Shown here: positions 51,587 through 60,975 of the stretch, piece by piece
How the letters are laid out: every line of letters starts with the position of its first letter
How positions within the stretch are numbered: position 1 is the stretch's first letter
NCBI GenBank assembly: GCA_963666275.2
Contig: CAXXOA010000001.1
Location: 2,048,001-2,112,000 of the forward strand
DNA: 64,000 bases
Origin: Oceanispirochaeta sp.
GTDB taxonomy: Bacteria; Spirochaetota; Spirochaetia; DSM-2461
Direction: 5' to 3'
The notes under the pieces: model-generated
Seen by the model: the letters and a program-made list of their open reading frames with translations, nothing else
The model's database searches: none
What the model was told of the DNA's origin: nothing
Made by a program: the position numbers and the translations under genes

Positions 51587-52435
51587 TCAGGCTTTTTTAT
51601 AATAGATAGTCGGTGCGACACTATGATAAGGCAGATTCAAACCTGTGATTGTCTCTGAATGCCCCAGAAAAAGGTACCCTCCCGGATGAAGCTGATTGTA
51701 GAGTTTCATCAGGATTTTTTTCTGTTTCTCCTGGGGAAAATAGATAAGAACATTTCTACAGAATATAATATGGAATTTTTTCTGAATTCCGTAATCATTG
51801 TTCATCAGGTTCAGCATTTTAAACTGGACATTCTCTTTCAGAAGCGGTTTGACCTTTACCTGTTCCATCTGAGGGTTTTTACTCTTCAGAAAGAACTGTT
51901 TTTTAAGTGCCAGAGGAATACCGGCAATTTTCGATTCATGATATATACCAGCCCTGGCTTTCTGCAGAACTTCCTGGGAGATATCAGTCCCCAGGATGGA
52001 AAATCTCAGATTCGGGAATTTTGCCCGGATCTGATGGAGAACCATGGCGATCGTATAGATCTCCTCTCCGGTGGAACTGGCGGAAGACCAGAAGTCCAGC
52101 TGCACCGTATCATTAATACTCTGCAGCAGCGGTACAACAATATTGTTTTCCAGATAGACAAAATGGTCGGGTTCTCTGAAAAAATCTGTTTTATTTGTGG
52201 TTACCGCATCAACCATAAAAGGCAATTCCTGCCGGAGTCCTTGTTCACTGAAAAGATAGTCGCAGTATTCGGAGTAACTTTTTATAGAAAGGGTTCTCAG
52301 CCTTTTGTGCAGCCGCGATTCAAGCATGACCTTTTTAATATCAGGCATCCTGATCCCCAGCTGATCCTCTATAAACCGGCTGAGTCTTTTGAAATCCTTC
52401 GGGGCGAGTTGCGGCCGGTCATACTCCTCTGTCAT
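51587..52435 (-). CDS. cheR: Chemotaxis methyltransferase CheR
   Basis: [40 protein letters not shown]. Confidence 0.95.
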   Translation of the reverse strand: MTEEYDRPQLAPKDFKRLSRFIEDQLGIRMPDIKKVMLESRLHKRLRTLSIKSYSEYCDYLFSEQGLRQELPFMVDAVTTNKTDFFREPDHFVYLENNIVVPLLQSINDTVQLDFWSSASSTGEEIYTIAMVLHQIRAKFPNLRFSILGTDISQEVLQKARAGIYHESKIAGIPLALKKQFFLKSKNPQMEQVKVKPLLKENVQFKMLNLMNNDYGIQKKFHIIFCRNVLIYFPQEKQKKILMKLYNQLHPGGYLFLGHSETITGLNLPYHSVAPTIYYKKA

Positions 52436-54534
52436 ACAGTAACAGCCTTTTTAGCCATGGCGGCAATACGGTTAACATCCAGAATCAGGGCTACAGAACC
52501 GTCACCCAGGATGGTTGCACCGGTAATATAGGCGACGCCTTTATAAAGCTTTCCCATATTTTTAATGACAGTCTGATGGTCTCCTATGACCTCATCAACC
52601 ACCAGCCCGGAAAGGGCATTCTCTGTCTGCACAACCACGGTATGCTCCCTTTCGGGAAGTTCAGAGTCATCCAGGAACATTTCTCTCAGGCGGATATAGG
52701 GAATCATGGAATCCCTGTATTCGAACAATCTCTTCTTTCCATGGGTCTGCCGTTCTTCACGGGTCAGCTCCATACAGGCCTGAACGGCCGACAGGGGAAA
52801 GACAAACTTTTCGTCTCCGATCCGAACCAGAAGCCCCTCGATTATAGCCAGGGTAAAGGGAAGATTCAGAGAAAAAACAGTGCCTTCTCCTGGTTTGCTG
52901 TCTATGGAGATCATACCGCCGAGGGCTTCTATCTGCCTTTTAACAACATCCATCCCCACACCCCGTCCGGAAACGCTTGTAATATTTTCCGCAGTAGAAA
53001 AACCGGGCTGGAATATAAGATCGTAAATATCTTCATCATTGATGATGGCATCCGGGGCAATCATACCCTTTTCCACAGCTTTTTTGATGATAGACGCCTT
53101 ATCCAGACCCTTCCCGTCATCCCGGATCTGCAGGATGACATTGGCACCAGAATAGTGGGCATCCAGAGTGACTGTTCCCATAGGATCTTTGCCGTTTTTC
53201 TCCCTTACCGCAGGGGATTCGATTCCATGATCAATTGAATTTCTGATCAGATGGACCAGAGGATCGTTGAGTTTTTCAATGACATTTTTGTCCAGTTCGG
53301 TTTCTCCCCCCACTGTAACAAGCTGTATCCTTTTATCCAGAGACGAGGAAAGGTCTCTGACAAGCCTTTTGAAACGGGAGAAGGTAGTACCTATCGGAAC
53401 CATACGGAGGGTCATGGCATTGTCCCTCAGTTCTGATGTCAGACGCTCAATCTGTTCTGCCAGAGAGAGCAGACTGCTTTTGTTATAATGGGCAGCCAGC
53501 TGGGAAAGCCGGGCCTGGGCTGTGACAAGTTCCCCAACAGAGTCTACCAGATTGTCCAGTTTCTCACTCTTGACTCTGATGGAGGAAGAAGCCCCGTCTC
53601 CCATAGTCTGTTTCAGAGTTTTCGTGATTTTCTGCTCTTCCAGAGCGGATTTAATATCAGAATTCTTTACAAGCCCTTTCTCGACAAGGACCTGACCGAC
53701 TTTCTTTCTTGAATCCAGGATCTCTTCCAGTTCATTCCTTTTGACAAGACCCTTTTCCACAAGGATTTCTCCCAGCTTCTTTTCAGATCCCTCTTCCAGA
53801 ATATCATTCCAGTCTGCCACGAGAGTCACTTCAACCCGGGATGCCGCATCCAGAAATATAAAGATATCCTTGATTTCATTTTCACTTTTGTCACTGACAA
53901 GGAAAACCTCCCACTTTACATAGCATTTATGGGGATTGAAGTCTTCCAGGACCGGAATATCCTCAGCATGGGAAACACAGGTATAATCTCCCAGCTCTTT
54001 GAGCTCTTTCAGAAGCAGAAGGGGATTTGTACCGCTTAGAAAAATATCTTCAGAGGGTTCAAACAGGATCCTGAAGGTATTCAGATTTTTCTGAGCACTC
54101 GACGGGCTGTTTTTTGAAACCTCTTTCTGAGAGACTTCTTTTTCGGGAGGCGCTGTTTTTATTCCTGCCAGAGTATTGAGTTTTTCCACAATATCATTGG
54201 AAATAGCTGAAAATTCGGGGGTATTGTCATCCTCTGCATTGAGCATATTGGTGATATGGTCTCTGCTGGCCAGAGTGAGATCAATCAGTTCTTTAGAAAC
54301 TTTCATCTGACCTTCCCGCAGGCCGTCCATGACGGTTTCCACAGAATGGGTGAACCCGGCAATCCCTTCAAAATCAAACATGGATGCAGACCCTTTAATG
54401 GTGTGCATAACCCTGAAAACCGCAGCGATCGCTTCGGGATCCTCGGGGTTCTCCTCAAGCTCGATCAGAAGATCTTCCAGACTTCCCAGCAGTTCATAAG
54501 CTTCTTCTTTGAATGTCTCTTTAAACTGATTCAT
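52432..54534 (-). CDS. cheA: Chemotaxis kinase CheA
   Basis: FRVMHTIKG, HLIRNSIDHGIE, GFST..SGRGVGMDVV, C-terminal CheW domain. Confidence 0.96.
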   Translation of the reverse strand: MNQFKETFKEEAYELLGSLEDLLIELEENPEDPEAIAAVFRVMHTIKGSASMFDFEGIAGFTHSVETVMDGLREGQMKVSKELIDLTLASRDHITNMLNAEDDNTPEFSAISNDIVEKLNTLAGIKTAPPEKEVSQKEVSKNSPSSAQKNLNTFRILFEPSEDIFLSGTNPLLLLKELKELGDYTCVSHAEDIPVLEDFNPHKCYVKWEVFLVSDKSENEIKDIFIFLDAASRVEVTLVADWNDILEEGSEKKLGEILVEKGLVKRNELEEILDSRKKVGQVLVEKGLVKNSDIKSALEEQKITKTLKQTMGDGASSSIRVKSEKLDNLVDSVGELVTAQARLSQLAAHYNKSSLLSLAEQIERLTSELRDNAMTLRMVPIGTTFSRFKRLVRDLSSSLDKRIQLVTVGGETELDKNVIEKLNDPLVHLIRNSIDHGIESPAVREKNGKDPMGTVTLDAHYSGANVILQIRDDGKGLDKASIIKKAVEKGMIAPDAIINDEDIYDLIFQPGFSTAENITSVSGRGVGMDVVKRQIEALGGMISIDSKPGEGTVFSLNLPFTLAIIEGLLVRIGDEKFVFPLSAVQACMELTREERQTHGKKRLFEYRDSMIPYIRLREMFLDDSELPEREHTVVVQTENALSGLVVDEVIGDHQTVIKNMGKLYKGVAYITGATILGDGSVALILDVNRIAAMAKKAVTV

Positions 54535-54540
54535 AGGCTC

Positions 54541-54825
54541 CTACTCTTTTTCAATCATTGAAGAAAAATCACTCGTTTCAAACCACTCTCCGACTGAAGG
54601 CGGAACATTGACAATTTCGATTTTCCTTTTGCTCTCCTCCATTGTTCTGTACAGCGAGTACAGAAGCTGAAGACCGGCAAAATCCAGACTGGTAACATTT
54701 TTCATGTCCAGCGTCAGGTGAGCGGGAGATTCGACTTTATCCATAAAGTCCTTATACAGCTCTTCAACCTTCTGTATGGTGAGATTCCCCTCCAGCTCTA
54801 TTGTTTCGGTTTTCCTTGGAGGCAT
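54541..54825 (-). CDS. STAS-domain protein
   Basis: LEGNLTI...LDMKNVTSLDFAGLQLL; ATG 54825. Confidence 0.8.
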   Translation of the reverse strand: MPPRKTETIELEGNLTIQKVEELYKDFMDKVESPAHLTLDMKNVTSLDFAGLQLLYSLYRTMEESKRKIEIVNVPPSVGEWFETSDFSSMIEKE

Positions 54826-54829
54826 ACTC

Positions 54830-55192
54830 TTACCCCAGGACCTTTTTGATGACTGCCAGGACTTTTTCGCTGTCAAAGGGCTTTACAATCCAGCCTGTGG
54901 CTCCCAGTTCCTTTCCTTTCTGCATAATACTCTGCTGGGATTCTGTAGTGAGAACCAGTATGGGTGTAAATTTATGAGAAGCACTCTTTCTCAGCTCCCC
55001 GATGAGGGTTAATCCATCCATATTGGGCATATTGACATCGGTAATAACAAGATCTACTGAAGTATTCTGCAGAACATCCAGGGCCTCTTTGCCGTCTGCC
55101 CCTTCAATGACTTCATATCCACCCTCTTTCAGAAAAAATTTGAGGCTCTCCCGAACAGTTCTGGAATCATCTACTACCATTATTTTACTCAT
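54830..55192 (-). CDS. cheY: CheY
   Basis: VVDDS, TDVNMPNMDG, LTTES, GWIVKPF. Confidence 0.92.
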   Translation of the reverse strand: MSKIMVVDDSRTVRESLKFFLKEGGYEVIEGADGKEALDVLQNTSVDLVITDVNMPNMDGLTLIGELRKSASHKFTPILVLTTESQQSIMQKGKELGATGWIVKPFDSEKVLAVIKKVLG

Positions 55193-55274
55193 TACTCTCT
55201 CCTACATTCTGATAGATACAATTATTAAAATTTAAAAAATACTCAAAATAAAATAAGCCGGTCATAGGAAAACC

Positions 55275-55772
55275 CTACAGTTCCGCCCCTTTCTCCTGTT
55301 CTGCCACCATTGTAATCTCACTGATTGAAAGGACTTTTTCAATATCCAGAACTATGAGGAAATTTTCATCCTTTCTACCAATCCCTCTTATATAAGCGGT
55401 ATCGATTCTGGTTCCCACATAGGGGGTGGGTTCAATTTCCTCATCATTCATATCGATGACTTCTTTTACAGCGTCGGTGAGAAGCCCCATGGTCACCATC
55501 TCTTCTTCCAGTTCCATTTCTGTAACAATGATACTTGTATCAATGGTTTTTTCAGTCTGCCCCAGACTGAACTTCAGTTTAAGATCGATGACAGGCACCA
55601 CACTCCCTCTCAGGTTTATAACGCCTCTCATAAAATCCGGCATCCTGGGAACCTTGGATACTGTTGTGAATTCCTGAACTTCCTTGACATTTAAGACACT
55701 CAATGCATAGGTCTCATCATTGATAGTAAATGTTAGATACTGTTTAGTATTGCCATCAGAAATTCCTTCCAT
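55275..55772 (-). CDS. cheW: CheW
   Basis: YLTF, GVINLRGSVVPVIDL, GLLTDAV. Confidence 0.93.
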   Translation of the reverse strand: MEGISDGNTKQYLTFTINDETYALSVLNVKEVQEFTTVSKVPRMPDFMRGVINLRGSVVPVIDLKLKFSLGQTEKTIDTSIIVTEMELEEEMVTMGLLTDAVKEVIDMNDEEIEPTPYVGTRIDTAYIRGIGRKDENFLIVLDIEKVLSISEITMVAEQEKGAEL

Positions 55773-55839
55773 GCGTTTTCTCCTGTTTCCGGTTTTCTCA
55801 TTCTAATTCTAAGAGGAATTAAGATTCATTGCCAATAAA

Positions 55840-56439
55840 TTAAAACAGAACGATTTTGTTCTCACCCTCATCCGTTTTCGGCTTTAGTGAATCCTTGTAT
55901 TCCTTTTCTCCCTCTTCAATTGATTTAATTCTGCGAACAGAATCAAGTTTTTTCAATAAAATTCTTCCTGTCTGCGGAAAATACAGAACCTTTCGTCCCA
56001 GCTTTCCTCCCAGATCGGAAGCGATAACTGGGATATCCTCATTTTTAAGAAACAGAAGAGCAAATTCCCTGTTCTGTCTTCCCACATTGCTGACTCTTGT
56101 GGAAATATTGAACATTTCACTTCCTCCGAAGACCTTTGCCACAAGATTCCTTTTATTGGATCCCATTTTCAAAAGGCTGTTTATGAGGATTTCCATGGCA
56201 TAGATGCCGTACCTGTACTCCTGCTTAATTATAGTCTGTTCCGTCAGGTTCGCATTCCCGTCCTTGGGAAGGAGAAAATGATTCATCCCCCCCTGCTTCT
56301 TCAGAGGATCAAAGAGAGCAACGGAAATACAGGATCCCAGCACTGTGGATATAATAATATCCTCATCACTGACCTTGTATTCACCTGGATGTATGGTGAC
56401 ATTATTCAGATTAAAACGGTTATGAAAGCTATGATACAT
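55840..56439 (-). CDS. cheD: Chemoreceptor glutamine deamidase CheD
   Basis: PGEY, TVLGSCISV, GGMNHFLLP, AKVFGG, DLGG..GRK. Confidence 0.92.
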   Translation of the reverse strand: MYHSFHNRFNLNNVTIHPGEYKVSDEDIIISTVLGSCISVALFDPLKKQGGMNHFLLPKDGNANLTEQTIIKQEYRYGIYAMEILINSLLKMGSNKRNLVAKVFGGSEMFNISTRVSNVGRQNREFALLFLKNEDIPVIASDLGGKLGRKVLYFPQTGRILLKKLDSVRRIKSIEEGEKEYKDSLKPKTDEGENKIVLF

Positions 56440-56444
56440 TCTTC

Positions 56445-56786
56445 CTACTTTATTAATTCCAGAACTGCATCATTGGTAAAAAAATCCTGTATAAGAGATG
56501 ACAGGTTCTCAATTTTATCATTAAGATTTTGCATTCTATCCATCTCTTTTAATGAACTTTCCATCTCTGCTGATAGATTATGGATATCCTCAGCACCGAT
56601 ACTCCCGGCAATGCCTTTTATTTTGTGAAAAAACTCGGCAGCCTCGGGAGCGCTATTCTTTTTAATGGCTGTTTTGACTCCATTGAGGAATTCAGGTATA
56701 TCTTCTGATGCCATGATGAGAACCTGAGAGGACAGTTCCCTGTCATTCTCTGTAAAGTTCATTAAATTCTGTTTATTAAAAATCAC
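56445..56786 (-). CDS. Stand-alone HPt protein
   Basis: HKIKGIAGSIGA HPt motif. Confidence 0.8.
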   Translation of the reverse strand: MIFNKQNLMNFTENDRELSSQVLIMASEDIPEFLNGVKTAIKKNSAPEAAEFFHKIKGIAGSIGAEDIHNLSAEMESSLKEMDRMQNLNDKIENLSSLIQDFFTNDAVLELIK

Positions 56787-56844
56787 TTCAATAGTCCTGG
56801 TTCAATAGAATCTAGTAAAAAGTGTATCTATTTACAAACTAATT

Positions 56845-58611
56845 TCAATGATTTTTTTTATTGAATGCATCCTGAAACTCATCCCAGGCTTTATTTCTCT
56901 GTTTAAGATTATACTTCGAGGAAACAGGGGGCGGACTGTTCCGCCTGTATCTGTAGACCTGTTTATCATCATATTTTCTTCCGTAACCTGGTGCCTGATC
57001 GTCCGGAGAGGCTCTTCTGACAGTGCGGCTGCTGCTGTTTGACGGGGCCAGGACAATCTCATTATCCTCCTGGGAAATCCCGGAAAACTGACTGTTGAAA
57101 CTTTCATATTTGCCTGAGATTTTGAGCATAAACCTTTTCCACCAGCTCAGATATTTATAGGCTTCATGAAAGATTTCCAGCATATAGAGATTCAGAAGAT
57201 AATCAGGATCCTTGAAACGGATCATTCCATCATCAAAAAAATTGTTCATGAAATCCTTGATTTTATTCACGTCCCTGACTTTTTTAAGATTCTTGAAGTA
57301 GTGCACAATCCCTTCTGAAATGATTTTTGGCTTATCCAGGAATTCAGCCAGAATGGGAGAATTTTCCCTGATCCTGTCCATCACATCGTCTTTAAAACTG
57401 TCCCGGGTATAGAACATTGTGATTTTATCCTTGTTCCGGGTCCGGAGCATTCTTTCCATAATCTCAACATAATGCTGTTTGAGGACCGTTGACTGAGTTG
57501 TCAGTTCTCCTCTGAAAAAGGGATACACATGGTCCCTGTGAAGGTATTTATCTCCCAGATAGAGAATGACAGGAAGCCCAATCTTCTGATTAACTTTCAC
57601 GACTGTCTCATAAAACAGATCTTTAAATCCCTTCCACTTCTCCTCATAGGGATCGAGAAGATCAAGAAGATCTTCAGGAGAAAATAGAAAATCCTCTTTC
57701 TTGAGTATTTCCATGCAGATATCTTCGATTGCGTCCTGTTTCTCCCTGTTTTCCTCTCTCTCCTTTTCCGCTTCCGCTTCCCGGTTAATATAATAGAGGT
57801 GAAGGATCTCGGAGGACTGGAACACTGCCGAAGTCAGATGTTTGATTCTCAGTTTGAGGTCCTCTGCATTTTTAAGAATATCAGAAGATATGGTCCGCCA
57901 GAATCCGGGATCACTTGTATATTGCTTCTTCTGAATTTCACTAATCTTCAGGCCCATCACCCGGCTCATGGCTGAGATGAAGGAGGAATTATTAAGAGCG
58001 CTGTTGATCTTTTTCCTGGCAATTTCCAGTAAAGCTTCCAGTGACTGGGAGGTGACAAGGATTGCTCCGCCTGTCTTCAGCGGCATGGTATAGATTTTCT
58101 CCTCGGATTTTATCTCTTCGATGAAGCGGGGACTGATGGACTCGGGATATATGGTTTCAACCATATCGAAGGGAAGCCTCAGATTGGATTTTTCCATCTC
58201 CTCCAGAGTCAGATACATACGGTTATCATCCAGCATGAGCCGCTGGATTTCATCCTCCACCAGATTTTTGTAGAAAAAACTGGAATCTCTGTTTGTGATA
58301 ACGATTTTATCAGGTTTCAGTTCACCCTGATCATTCTTGAATTTGAGCAGTCCGTAATGGGCATTCCGGATTTTACGCATAAGGATTTCTATCTGGTTAT
58401 TGGCAAACAGGATATCCTTACCCGCATGAAGAACAAAGCGGTTATAATCCAGCATGGGATCAAAAAAATCACAGATTCGATGAAAGATTCTTCTCTGCTC
58501 CTGGGTAAAACTCCCAACCTGGGAGAGAAACTCCTCCCGCTGGGAAAGATCCATCTGAAAAACTCCCGGGAGTTCAGACGTATCTACAGCATTTTCGTCT
58601 TTATCACTCAT
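56845..58611 (-). CDS. Hypothetical cytoplasmic protein
   Basis: 588-aa ORF; no motif recognised. Confidence 0.7.
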   Translation of the reverse strand: MSDKDENAVDTSELPGVFQMDLSQREEFLSQVGSFTQEQRRIFHRICDFFDPMLDYNRFVLHAGKDILFANNQIEILMRKIRNAHYGLLKFKNDQGELKPDKIVITNRDSSFFYKNLVEDEIQRLMLDDNRMYLTLEEMEKSNLRLPFDMVETIYPESISPRFIEEIKSEEKIYTMPLKTGGAILVTSQSLEALLEIARKKINSALNNSSFISAMSRVMGLKISEIQKKQYTSDPGFWRTISSDILKNAEDLKLRIKHLTSAVFQSSEILHLYYINREAEAEKEREENREKQDAIEDICMEILKKEDFLFSPEDLLDLLDPYEEKWKGFKDLFYETVVKVNQKIGLPVILYLGDKYLHRDHVYPFFRGELTTQSTVLKQHYVEIMERMLRTRNKDKITMFYTRDSFKDDVMDRIRENSPILAEFLDKPKIISEGIVHYFKNLKKVRDVNKIKDFMNNFFDDGMIRFKDPDYLLNLYMLEIFHEAYKYLSWWKRFMLKISGKYESFNSQFSGISQEDNEIVLAPSNSSSRTVRRASPDDQAPGYGRKYDDKQVYRYRRNSPPPVSSKYNLKQRNKAWDEFQDAFNKKNH

Positions 58612-58745
58612 GGTTTATCCAAATCCCGTTTATTTTTTTCGTCTTTTTTCAGCTTGCTAATGGCAATCCATCTCAAGATGCTTCTGAGAATCAGGACAAG
58701 ACCAAGAGCAAATAACACTGATGAAACAATACGTTGCAATACCAT
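58608..58745 (-). CDS. Putative 45-aa single-TM protein
   Basis: MVLQRIVSSVLFALGLVLILRSILRWIAISKLKKDEKNKRDLDKP; ATGA overlap with next gene. Confidence 0.55.
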   Translation of the reverse strand: MVLQRIVSSVLFALGLVLILRSILRWIAISKLKKDEKNKRDLDKP

Positions 58746-58791
58746 AATTCATTCTACACACAGATTTTTCTTATTTCAATTAAAACATAAA

Positions 58792-60975
58792 TTACCCGTC
58801 ACTGTTATGACGGATAAACCAGCAGCGATGGGAAGCCCCTTTCCTCTTAAAATCCTCTGATTCAGTCCAGGAGGTTTCCTCTGTGATCCTGTATTTCTCC
58901 TGAAGAGAATCCTCCAGAACAAAGCGTTTGTAATTATTCGAAAAGATCAGAAGCCCGCCGGGATTAAGGCAGTTCATTGCCTTCCGGATCAGATCTTCAT
59001 GGTCCTCCTGAATCTGAAGGATATCCCATCTTGATTTGGAATTGGAGAATGTGGGAGGATCCATAAAAATCAGATCGAATTTTTCCCCGCAGGCATTGAG
59101 CCATTTTTTGACATCCTCCCGGATGAAACGGTGCTTTTCCACAGGGATTTTGTTCAGCATAAAGTTGTCTTCCGCCCATTTCAGATAGGTGGATGAGGTA
59201 TCGACCGAACAGACCGAAGAGGCCTCTCCCGCAGCAGCCATGACACTGGCGGTTCCGGTGTAACAGAACAGATTCAGAACCCTGGATCCCGGAGCATGGT
59301 CTTTCAGATATTTTCGGATATTCCTGTGGTCCAGAAAGATTCCCGTATCAAGGTAATCGGTGAAATTCACCCAGAACCGACAGCCCCACTCGTTTATAAG
59401 ATAGCGCTCACCGGCCCTCTGAAGAGTTCTGTACTGGTCGCGTCCTTTCTGCCGGCTTCTCTGTTTGGTAAAAATGGAGGAAAGGGGGATTTCAAGAAGC
59501 GAGGCAATGATCTGAACCGCTGTTTTCAGGCGGCTCTCCGCCCGCTGCTGATCGATCCCTTTGGGAGCACTGTACTCCTGGAGATGAACCCATTTCCCCT
59601 CGTAAAAATCCACGGCAAAGTTGAAATTGGGAAGATCCGCGTCATAGAGCCTGTAACAGCTTATGTCTCCTTTGCGGCTCCATTTGCCTAGAGATTTTTT
59701 ATTTTTTTTCAGCCTGTTGAGAAACTGTTCCGCCTCCTGTGTCATAGCGGGCAGATCAACTGTCCGGACACTCTCTTTTGCCGGGGTATCACTGTCTCTT
59801 TCCCCGGAGGTTCCATAGAGCTCATAATGGTAGAGACTGCATTTGATGGGACCGTTCATAATCCTGTTTTTTGTGGATGTCTTCAGACCTGTGGCATGCA
59901 GCAGGGTCTCATCATCTGAAATCACAGACATCTTCCAGCCTTTGAGTTCACTGTTTCTGCCGATATCACCCAGTTTTCTGTACAGAGAATAGAGCATGCC
60001 CTTATCGCCCAGCCGCTGCCCGTAGGGCGGATTGGTCACAATGAGGCCGGGTGAGTTTTTCATTTTATCTGTGATGACAAACTCACTGATATCCCGCCGT
60101 TCCAGATGAATGAATCTGTCCAGACCGGCCGCATGTATATTCTCTCTGGCCGCGGCAAGTGCTTTCCTGTCACTGTCAAACCCCATAAGAGGGGGAAGTC
60201 CCGAGAGTTTTTCCTCCAGGGCAGATTCAGCGCTGTCAAAAATGCTCTCCCAGAGATCAGGATCATGCTCCCGCCACTTGAAGAATCCGTATTCATAACG
60301 GAGGAGTCCCGGAGGGAGATCGGCCGCCATAAACGCCGCTTCAATCAGGAGGGTTCCGCTGCCGCACATGGGATCCACAAGACAGCCTCCTGATGAGGCG
60401 ATACCGGGCCATCCGGCTCTCATCAGGATGGCATCAGCTGTATTTTCTCTCAGACCGGCTTTAGCGGCTTCCTGCCGGTAGCCTCTTCTATGAAGCCCTC
60501 CACCGGAAAGATCCAGATAGAGGGACGCCGTATCCCTTTTAAGATGGAGATGGATTGAGATATCGGGACTTTCACGGTCCACATCGGGCCGCTGTCCTGT
60601 CTTATCCCGCCAGAAGTCGGCTATTGCGTCCTTTACTTTTAAAGACGCCGTCCTGTCGGGCAGTGAGACCGAACCGGATGTGGTAGTAAAACAGGCAAAG
60701 GTCGCGGACTCTTCCATATGAGAATCCCAGGGAACAGAAAGGGTTTCCCTGTAGATATCGTCAACACCGGCCCATGAGAATTCTTTCACAAGGACCATGA
60801 TCCTGCTGGAGATTCTGCTCCAGAGGATCATTTCATAGATCTCTTTCAGACCAGCGGAAAAAAGATGTCCCCCCGCCCCCCTGGAGAGAATTGTCCCTCC
60901 GTATCTGAGGATCTCCTTTTCAAGAAGATCCTCCAGGAAGACCGGTGCGGCGGCAAATATTTTAAATTCTGTCAT
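58792..60975 (-). CDS. rlmKL: Bifunctional 23S rRNA methyltransferase RlmKL
   Basis: LHRRGYR, DPMCGSGT, NPPYG; second domain YRLYDADLP, YLDTGIFLDHR, LNLFCYTG, DPPTFSNSK; ATG 60975. Confidence 0.93.
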   Translation of the reverse strand: MTEFKIFAAAPVFLEDLLEKEILRYGGTILSRGAGGHLFSAGLKEIYEMILWSRISSRIMVLVKEFSWAGVDDIYRETLSVPWDSHMEESATFACFTTTSGSVSLPDRTASLKVKDAIADFWRDKTGQRPDVDRESPDISIHLHLKRDTASLYLDLSGGGLHRRGYRQEAAKAGLRENTADAILMRAGWPGIASSGGCLVDPMCGSGTLLIEAAFMAADLPPGLLRYEYGFFKWREHDPDLWESIFDSAESALEEKLSGLPPLMGFDSDRKALAAARENIHAAGLDRFIHLERRDISEFVITDKMKNSPGLIVTNPPYGQRLGDKGMLYSLYRKLGDIGRNSELKGWKMSVISDDETLLHATGLKTSTKNRIMNGPIKCSLYHYELYGTSGERDSDTPAKESVRTVDLPAMTQEAEQFLNRLKKNKKSLGKWSRKGDISCYRLYDADLPNFNFAVDFYEGKWVHLQEYSAPKGIDQQRAESRLKTAVQIIASLLEIPLSSIFTKQRSRQKGRDQYRTLQRAGERYLINEWGCRFWVNFTDYLDTGIFLDHRNIRKYLKDHAPGSRVLNLFCYTGTASVMAAAGEASSVCSVDTSSTYLKWAEDNFMLNKIPVEKHRFIREDVKKWLNACGEKFDLIFMDPPTFSNSKSRWDILQIQEDHEDLIRKAMNCLNPGGLLIFSNNYKRFVLEDSLQEKYRITEETSWTESEDFKRKGASHRCWFIRHNSDG

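Noticed and set aside
56787..56808. TTCAATAG direct repeat before the HPt gene
   Set aside because: Only two 8-mers in AT-rich DNA; no other support
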